Source: Chloroflexota bacterium (GTDB lineage Bacteria > Chloroflexota > Dehalococcoidia > SM23-28-2 > RBG-16-64-32). From it: a stretch of 37,595 nucleotides of DNA. Numbering within the stretch: the first letter of the stretch is position 1; every line of letters starts with the position of its first letter. Location: the NCBI GenBank assembly GCA_039933275.1, contig JBDTOK010000002.1, positions 1 to 37,595 of the forward strand, given 5' to 3'. Positions 34,882 to 37,595 of this stretch are shown here, piece after piece. A program made the position numbers and the translations under genes. The notes under the pieces were generated by a model. The model searched no databases and was not told where the DNA came from. It worked only from the letters and a program-made list of their open reading frames with translations.

Positions 34882-36225
34882 GTGGCGAGTATCTCCTCGC
34901 CCCGTACGAATATGCTAGAAATCGCCGCGCAATCGCCCGCCACGACCAGCGTCCGCGCCCGGCCGCGCTGGGGCCTGCGAGACCACCCGCTGCTCACGCT
35001 CATGGTCGTCGGCGTCCTCGGGCGGTTGGTGTTGGCCTTTGTGCCCGGCCACAACGACGTCATCGTCTTCACCGGCTGGGCCGACGAGCTGGCAGCCCAC
35101 GGCCCGATCCAGTTCTACCGCGGCGAAGTCTTCCGCGACTACCTGCCGGGCTACCTCTACATGCTCCTCGTTTTCGGCGAACTGCGATCGATCTTCGGTA
35201 TCTCGGACTGGCTCTTCCAGCTCATGCTCAAGATGCCCGCGCTCGTCGCCGACATCGGCTCCGCGCTGTTGCTGTACCACCTGCTGCGCGGACTGCCGGA
35301 GAAGCGCCGGATGTTCGCTGTCGCGACGTACCTGGCACTCCCGCCTGTGCTTTTCATCGGCGTCGTCTGGGGCCAGGTCGACAGCATCCTCGCCTTCTTC
35401 CTCCTCCTCACCGTCTACTACTTCGATCGCAAGCGTCCCGTAGCCGCGGGCGTCGCCTTCGCCGTCGCTTTCATCGTGAAGCCGCAGGCCGCCGCCGCTG
35501 CGCCCGCCTTTGCGGTCTGGGCGCTCACCCACTACGACCGCAAGACGATCGTCAACGCCGTTGCCGCCGGACTGATCGTCGGTGTGCTCTTGATTATTCC
35601 GTTCTTTGTGCAGCCGTTCGCCATCTTCCCGCAACTCATTACGATGACGAACCACTACAACAACAACGCCATGCACTCGCTCAACTTCTGGTCGATGTGG
35701 GGTTGGGAGATCAGCGACGATCACCACTTCTTCCTGGGCATCGACTGGCGCACCTGGGGCACGCTCCTGACGTTCGTCGCCTACGTCCCTGTCGTTCTGC
35801 AAACGCGCCGCGCCCGCACTACCGGCGAGCTCTGTCTCGGCGTCGCCGTTTCGATCCTCGTCTTCTACACCTTCCAAACGCGCATGCACGAGCGCTACAG
35901 CTTCGTCGCCATCCTCCCGATGCTCGCCGGCTGCATGCTCCTCAGTCACCGCCGATTGTGGCTCGGCTTCGCCGCCGTCTGCGCCCTCCAACTGATGGCC
36001 CTCATCTACGCCTACGGCCATCAGTTCTACGGAGTAAGACTAACCGACATCCTCGATTACAACCCCGGCTGGCACATCAAAGCCAGTCCCGCCGTCTACG
36101 CGCTCTCTGCCGTCGCCAGCGGCGTCACCCTCTGGCTAATGCTGCAGTCCAAAGCAATCATCGGCGAACGGCAATCTCACACCCCTAAACCAATCCCTGA
36201 AGTCGCGCCCACTACCCCACGGTAG
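34882..36225 (+). CDS. GT-C-fold membrane glycosyltransferase (mannosyltransferase-like)
   Basis: About 10 TM helices; DYLPGYLY, LKMP...D, WGQVDS, VKPQ, RMHERY motifs. Start uncertain (34882 or 34912). Confidence 0.82.
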   Translation: MASISSPRTNMLEIAAQSPATTSVRARPRWGLRDHPLLTLMVVGVLGRLVLAFVPGHNDVIVFTGWADELAAHGPIQFYRGEVFRDYLPGYLYMLLVFGELRSIFGISDWLFQLMLKMPALVADIGSALLLYHLLRGLPEKRRMFAVATYLALPPVLFIGVVWGQVDSILAFFLLLTVYYFDRKRPVAAGVAFAVAFIVKPQAAAAAPAFAVWALTHYDRKTIVNAVAAGLIVGVLLIIPFFVQPFAIFPQLITMTNHYNNNAMHSLNFWSMWGWEISDDHHFFLGIDWRTWGTLLTFVAYVPVVLQTRRARTTGELCLGVAVSILVFYTFQTRMHERYSFVAILPMLAGCMLLSHRRLWLGFAAVCALQLMALIYAYGHQFYGVRLTDILDYNPGWHIKASPAVYALSAVASGVTLWLMLQSKAIIGERQSHTPKPIPEVAPTTPR

Positions 36226-36240
36226 GGCAGCGTCTCCGAA

Positions 36241-36276
36241 CAAAACGAAAGGGCCGACGAAACCGTCGGCCCTTTG
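36241..36276. terminator. Bidirectional Rho-independent terminator
   Basis: aaagggccgacg-aaac-cgtcggcccttt with A/T tracts on both sides. Confidence 0.82.
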
Positions 36277-36395
36277 ATTCGCGGCGGGGGAGGGGTGAAC
36301 CGCCACCGCGGGACTGCGCCTACATAATCCACCCGAAAACCACGCTCTCGGTTAAGCGCCGGTTACAGCACGGGGTCGATTCAGTGACCCAAACC

Positions 36396-36424
36396 TTGCA
36401 AACCTAACCACCCTCAGCTATGCT
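36396..36424 (+). promoter_or_regulatory. Sigma70-type promoter of the GNAT gene
   Basis: TTGCAA (36396-36401), 17-nt spacer, TATGCT (36419-36424). Confidence 0.6.
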
Positions 36425-36459
36425 TCCACCACAACTCGGGAGGAATAAGGGGGGACATC

Positions 36460-37023
36460 ATGGCACAGGGCACAGTCCGTCGCACGTACCCGTGGAAAAC
36501 AAACATCAACGGCAAGGAAGTTACCTTCCGCATGATGGTTCCCGAAGACCGAGATGAAATCATCCGGTTCGCCAAGCTCCTCCCCGAAGAAGATCTCATG
36601 TTCCTGCGTAGCGACATCACGCAGACCGGCCCCGTCGACGCCTGGATGGCCTACATCAAGAACGGCCGCAGCATCAGCATCATCGCCGAAGTTGGCGGCC
36701 ACATCGCCGGTTACGCCACCATTCACATGAACGAAGCTACCTGGACCCGCCACGTCGGCGAAATGCGCGTCCTCGTCAGCGGCGACTACCGGGGCATGGG
36801 CCTGGGCAAGCGCCTCACCACAGAAGCCTTCGCCATGGCCAAAGAGCTAGGCCTGCGCAAAGTCACCGCCCAGATGTCCACAGACCAGCGCAGCGCTCGC
36901 GGCGTCTTCGAGCACCTCGGCTTCCGCCCGGAGGCTCTGCTCGCGGACCACGTCATGACCCGGGACGGCCAAACCCGCGACCTCCTGATCATGTCCTACG
37001 ACGTAGCTGGCTTCAGTAACTAG
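36460..37023 (+). CDS. GNAT family N-acetyltransferase
   Basis: V..DYRGMGLGKRL acetyl-CoA motif A; FEHLGF. Confidence 0.9.
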   Translation: MAQGTVRRTYPWKTNINGKEVTFRMMVPEDRDEIIRFAKLLPEEDLMFLRSDITQTGPVDAWMAYIKNGRSISIIAEVGGHIAGYATIHMNEATWTRHVGEMRVLVSGDYRGMGLGKRLTTEAFAMAKELGLRKVTAQMSTDQRSARGVFEHLGFRPEALLADHVMTRDGQTRDLLIMSYDVAGFSN

Positions 37024-37120
37024 CGCCCAGCCAGCCAGTCCGCGCGCAGCCCGATCACCAACCGCGAGGACCCGGGGCGGGGAACATCAGCGCGCAGCAA
37101 ACGCCGCCCCCATCAAATAC

Positions 37121-37429
37121 TCACTTCGGCAACCCCAACAACTCCCGCGCCGCCTCCTCATCTTCGGCGCGCACCCACAATTCCATGTCGTACGAATTTG
37201 CAGCACGATATGTAGCCAAATACCCAATCTCGCTGTAGTTCGAAATCCTGCAGCCCACCCCCTCGACACCCAAACGCTGCGCCCACATCTGAGCCTCGAT
37301 ACTGTTCTGCGCGATCCCAATCCGCACCATCGGAATCACCGGCCCCGTGCGAGAGTCACTCCGCTTCTGCAACCAAGCGAGCAGCACGATAGTGCCGAAT
37401 AAAACCACACCCAGGAAAACAAAAAACAC
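37121..37429 (-). CDS. Small membrane-anchored protein with a DUF2007-like (putative signal-transducing) domain
   Basis: N-terminal TM; A.N.IEA......L...G...ELWV..ED.EAARELL. Confidence 0.7.
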   Translation of the reverse strand: MFFVFLGVVLFGTIVLLAWLQKRSDSRTGPVIPMVRIGIAQNSIEAQMWAQRLGVEGVGCRISNYSEIGYLATYRAANSYDMELWVRAEDEEAARELLGLPK

Positions 37430-37449
37430 GCGCGAACTAAGAAGCGGCG

Positions 37450-37595
37450 CTAGCCAGCGTCAGCAGACATTGCACCGGCAGATGACGGCGCTGCCCGGCG
37501 GCGGCGTGGCGCTTCCGCGCCGTTCGTGCTGCCGTTCGCCGCGTCGGCCTTTGGCGCGGACGACACACCCAGTTGCGGCAGGTCAGACTTTCCGA
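37450..37595 (-). CDS. C-terminal low-complexity tail of a gene entering from the right edge
   Basis: Frame reads ...GKSDLPQLGVSSAPKADAANGSTNGAEAPRRRRAAPSSAGAMSADAG* with TAG at 37450-37452. Confidence 0.5.
   Translation of the reverse strand, partial: GKSDLPQLGVSSAPKADAANGSTNGAEAPRRRRAAPSSAGAMSADAG

Noticed and set aside
37024-37120. Possible REP or terminator (ggggcgg...cgccgcccc) between convergent genes
   Set aside because: Short, imperfect GC stem with a long loop and no U-tract; cannot be told from chance.

Overview
GC-rich, gene-dense chromosomal window with about 50 CDS and no rRNA, tRNA, CRISPR array or transposase that I can see. A Chloroflexus-type malyl-CoA lyase, Cys-containing dockerin-like modules and a CSLREA protein suggest a Chloroflexota (Dehalococcoidia-like) genome; this is inference. 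The backbone is acyl-CoA metabolism: partial acsA, two thiolases, PhaB-like reductase, MaoC/PhaJ-like dehydratase, mesaconyl-CoA hydratase, malyl-CoA lyase, a second CitE-family lyase, a two-subunit ADP-forming CoA ligase, and an acyl-CoA mutase catalytic subunit. Many small accessory genes (GNAT, DinB, VOC, SnoaL, DUF1330, DUF952, GYD, HicAB) are interleaved. The best leads are: (1) a CoA ligase whose motifs resemble citryl-CoA synthetase rather than SucCD, co-transcribed with malyl-CoA lyase; (2) a mutase with a remodelled active-site strand inside an incomplete ethylmalonyl-CoA-like gene set; (3) a hicA whose catalytic core is scrambled by two compensating frameshifts; (4) an MshC-like ligase plus tandem DinB genes; (5) a shared dockerin-like module on two unrelated secreted proteins; (6) a candidate anti-Shine-Dalgarno sRNA. 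All family assignments come from motif recognition and recall; no searches were run.
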